Shown here: positions 61,363 to 64,000 of the stretch, piece by piece
Position numbering within the stretch: position 1 is the first letter of the stretch
Layout: each line of letters opens with the position of its first letter
Made by a program: the position numbers and the translations under genes
From: Syntrophorhabdaceae bacterium
Lineage (GTDB): Bacteria > Desulfobacterota > Syntrophorhabdia > Syntrophorhabdales > Syntrophorhabdaceae
Assembly (NCBI GenBank): GCA_963666485.2
Contig: CAXXUO010000001.1
Location: 640,001-704,000, forward strand
Reading direction: 5' to 3'
Length of the DNA: 64,000 nucleotides
Notes under the pieces: model-generated
The model's database searches: none
What the model was told of the DNA's origin: nothing
Seen by the model: the letters and a program-made list of their open reading frames with translations, nothing else

Positions 61363-61399
61363 TTTAACTTTGAACCTTGAACTTTGAACCTTGAACCGT
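61363..61399. repeat. Heptamer array (TTGAACY)x4
   Basis: ttaactttgaaccttgaactttgaaccttgaaccgt; same family as the 7.7 and 9.6 kb arrays. Confidence 0.8.
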
Positions 61400-61401
61400 C
61401 T

Positions 61402-62619
61402 TTATTGCCTGTACTCTTTCAGAAAATCCGCCATCCTCTCCGCCACGGACTTGATCTCCTCGACGGTCGGCAGGAAGACGACGCGGAAGTGGTCGGGGTG
61501 AGGCCAGTTGAAACCGGACCCCTGCACCATCAGGACCTTTTTCTCCCTCAGGAAATCAAGAAGGAATTTTTGATCGTCATGAATGTTGTACATCTTCGTA
61601 TCGATCTTCGGAAACAGGTAGAGGGTACCCATCGGTTTCACGCTCGTGATGCCGGGTATCGCGGTAAAACCTTCATAAGCCGCCTTTCTCTGTTCATAGA
61701 GACGCCCGCCTGGGTTGATCATCTGCCGTAAGCTCTGGTATCCACCGAGTGCCGTCTGGATGGCGAGCTGGCCGGGCATGTTCCCGCACAGCCTCATGTT
61801 CGACAATATGTCGAGACCTTCCTCGATGTAGTCCTTCGCATGGCCCTTTTTCCCGCTGACGATCATCCACCCCGCGCGCATGCCGGGGATGCGGTGGGAC
61901 TTGGAAAGCCCGTTGAACGTCACGATAAAAAGCTCATTGGTCAACGAGGCGAAGGGGTAATGCTTTGCATCGTCGTAAAGGATCTGGTCGTATATCTCGT
62001 CGGCAAAAACGATGAGATCGTGCTCGACGGCCATCTTCATGATCTTCTCGAGGACCTCGAGCGGGTACACGGCGCCGGTCGGGTTGTTCGGGTTGATGAG
62101 CACTATGCCCCGCGTCCGGCGCGAGATCTTCGATTCCATGTCCTTGACGTCCGGGACCCAGTCCGATTCCTCGTCACAGATATAATGGACCGCCTTGCCG
62201 CCCGAGAGCGTCACCGCCGCCGTCCACAGGGGATAGTCCGGTGTCGGCACGAGCATTTCGTCCCCGTTGTTCAAAAGCCCCTGCATGGCCATGACGATCA
62301 TCTCGGACACGCCGTTGCCAATGTAGATGTCCTCGATCTCGACGCCCTCGATGCCCTTCAGCTGGCATTGCTGCATAATTGCCTTCCGGGCCGCGAAAAG
62401 CCCTTTCGAATCGCCGTACGCCTGCGCCGACCGTATGTTAAGCACTATATCGTGGATTATCTCATCCGGCGCATTGAGGCCGAAAATGGGAGGATTGCCG
62501 CTGTTGAGCTTTATTATGGTATATCCCTCGTCTTCGAGCCGCTTCGCTTCCTTGAGGAGCGGCCCGCGGATCTCGTAGCAGATATTCTCCATTTTGTTCG
62601 ACTTCATTATCTTACGCAT
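61402..62619 (-). CDS. alaA: PLP-dependent class I aminotransferase, AlaA/AlaT-like
   Basis: YEIRGP, GNGVSE, NPNNPTGA, DEIYD, GLSKSHR.PG.R.GW; start may be 62640. Confidence 0.88.
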   Translation of the reverse strand: MRKIMKSNKMENICYEIRGPLLKEAKRLEDEGYTIIKLNSGNPPIFGLNAPDEIIHDIVLNIRSAQAYGDSKGLFAARKAIMQQCQLKGIEGVEIEDIYIGNGVSEMIVMAMQGLLNNGDEMLVPTPDYPLWTAAVTLSGGKAVHYICDEESDWVPDVKDMESKISRRTRGIVLINPNNPTGAVYPLEVLEKIMKMAVEHDLIVFADEIYDQILYDDAKHYPFASLTNELFIVTFNGLSKSHRIPGMRAGWMIVSGKKGHAKDYIEEGLDILSNMRLCGNMPGQLAIQTALGGYQSLRQMINPGGRLYEQRKAAYEGFTAIPGITSVKPMGTLYLFPKIDTKMYNIHDDQKFLLDFLREKKVLMVQGSGFNWPHPDHFRVVFLPTVEEIKSVAERMADFLKEYRQ

Positions 62620-62697
62620 ATGTCTATCTTTTCCCATCATTTCTTTTCGGCGCTCAAGCCGTTCATAATTATCGGGAAAACTGACGAAATTGTCAAT

Positions 62698-62838
62698 TGT
62701 TCCACGTTCCAGGTTCCACGTTCCACGAAAAAACCTTAAAAAAACACCTTAAAAAATCGTATAGCGCGTTTCGCAACAATAAGATTATTTCAGGCTTCTT
62801 TCTCGTGGAACGTGGAACGTGGAACGTGGAACCGTTTT
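62698..62838. repeat. Inverted heptamer arrays (GTTCCAC / GTGGAAC)
   Basis: gttccacgttccaggttccacgttccacg ... cgtggaacgtggaacgtggaacgtggaacc. Confidence 0.85.
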
Positions 62839-62843
62839 TTTAT

Positions 62844-63134
62844 CTATTTCGCCTGCCCGTACGTTCCTTTATGGTTGATCATGGGATAGGAAACTTTGGG
62901 GGAATGGGAGGCGCGGTCTTTCATCTTTTCCCGATCAGCCGCGGTAGTGCCGGAGTCATTCTTCTGCGATGCCTTGTTGCTCCTCGCTATATAGTCCTGG
63001 TACCCGGGGTCTGCCGCCGTCCCCGCATACTTATAGTACTCCTTGGGTGTGGTTTTCACAGTTTCAGCCGCGTAACAGAAACCGGTGGAGACGAGGGTTG
63101 CCAGAAGAACTGCTGCGCTCAGGATCCTTTTCAT
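62844..63134 (-). CDS. Small exported hypothetical protein
   Basis: GGAGGA SD; signal peptide MKRILSAAVLLATLVSTGFCYA. Confidence 0.65.
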   Translation of the reverse strand: MKRILSAAVLLATLVSTGFCYAAETVKTTPKEYYKYAGTAADPGYQDYIARSNKASQKNDSGTTAADREKMKDRASHSPKVSYPMINHKGTYGQAK

Positions 63135-63198
63135 TGTTGTGTCCTCCATGTTTTTTCTTAGTAGGACAAGCGATAAAAGAAAAAGTTCCCTGAAAAAC

Positions 63199-63273
63199 CG
63201 TAGGGCGTGAGAGCGTAAGGCGTAAGGCGTTAAAAGACAAAGACACTGGATTCCGGCAAACCGGAATGACGGT
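63199..63273. repeat. Degenerate CGTAAGG heptamers next to a CGTC-type palindrome
   Basis: cgtagggcgtgagagcgtaaggcgtaaggcgtt, then aaagacactggattccggcaaaccggaatgacgg. Confidence 0.7.
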
Positions 63274-63392
63274 GTTTTTGTTATTTCAGGTATCGGGAAG
63301 TATTGAGTCGGGTGCCATAGTCAACATTTGCGTTGACAACCAGTCTCCCGGTTAAGCTCGTTAAACTGTAAAGGCAAAGGGGACGAGGCAAA

Positions 63393-63505
63393 GGGGACGT
63401 CCTTAAGAAAGTAAGTAACTTAAGATTACCCGGTCCGGGGATAATAACGACAGGGCGGTCCGTTTAGTTGTTTGAGGAGTTTCTTACTTTCTTAAGGACG
63501 TCCCT
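63393..63505. mobile_element. Non-autonomous element with the RAYT terminal repeats (copy 1)
   Basis: GGGGACGTCCTTAAGAAAGTAAG at 63393-63415; inverted copy at 63483-63504. Confidence 0.8.
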
Positions 63506-63648
63506 CACATTTTTCCGGAAGGTTTGACAATGAATGAGTGGCAGTTGATATCCCTCTGCGATTGGAGTGTCTTACACTGAAACAATCTTAACCGGAAGAC
63601 CGTGACTCTTCATTTATGAGTCTGTAGGAGTAGGGGGACGAGGAGTAG

Positions 63649-63831
63649 GGGGACGTCCTTAAGAAAGTAAGTAACTTTATCCCTCGATCAATTTAAGCCT
63701 CTTGCCCAACTACCGGATAATCAATTCCGTGATAATTACCCTATGACCGACTCTAAATATTTTGACTTTTCTTACTTTCTTAAGGACGTCCCCCTCGATT
63801 TTCCTTTTCTTACTTTCTTAAGGACGTCCCC
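63649..63831. mobile_element. Non-autonomous element with the RAYT terminal repeats (copy 2, duplicated right end)
   Basis: Motif at 63649-63671; inverted copies at 63771-63793 and 63809-63831. Confidence 0.8.
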
Positions 63832-63851
63832 CTCGATTTTCATTACACCCG

Positions 63852-63995
63852 CCGTCATCCCGGGCTTGACCCGGGACCCAAGGTTTTGTTTTTTTGATTC
63901 TTTTCTCATTTGGTCGTTGCTAAAAGGAACAAAAGAAAAACCTTGGGTCCCGGCTCGGAGGCCGGGATGACGGAGAGAGCGAAGGGATGACGGGG
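63852..63995. repeat. CGTC REP dimer, an inverted near-copy of 50408-50531
   Basis: Same arms and the same AT-rich spacer (TTGCTAAAAGGAACAAAAGAAAAACC) in the opposite orientation. Confidence 0.85.
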
Positions 63996-64000
63996 TTGGA

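Overview
A GC-rich bacterial chromosomal segment. Gene content (gatB, MtgA, the GGGtGRT pair, a siroheme/4Fe-4S protein, many two-component genes) suggests an anaerobic Desulfobacterota/'Deltaproteobacteria'-type organism; this is inference. It carries housekeeping genes (acs, beta-carbonic anhydrase, lgt, greA, ssb, gatB, mtnA, rmuC, sixA, tRNA-Ala), a dcw cluster in complete order (mraZ to ftsZ, 10.4-26.2 kb), signalling genes (two histidine kinases, a CheB-CheR fusion, a sigma-54 activator), a RAYT-like tyrosine transposase and many intergenic repeats. The main observation is in the otherwise intact dcw cluster: the genes in the ftsI and ftsW slots encode open but shrunken proteins (283 and 263 aa) that still resemble FtsI and FtsW but lack the catalytic motifs, i.e. 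a candidate pseudo-enzyme FtsWI pair. Other notable items are a signal-less L,D-transpeptidase-domain/MurC-like ligase fusion, about 11 intergenic heptamer-repeat loci (most with inverted arms), and RAYT terminal repeats that recur as short non-autonomous elements with duplicated ends. Three genes are frameshifted, mostly at homopolymer runs, probably through assembly error. All calls come from reading the sequence by eye; no database search was run.
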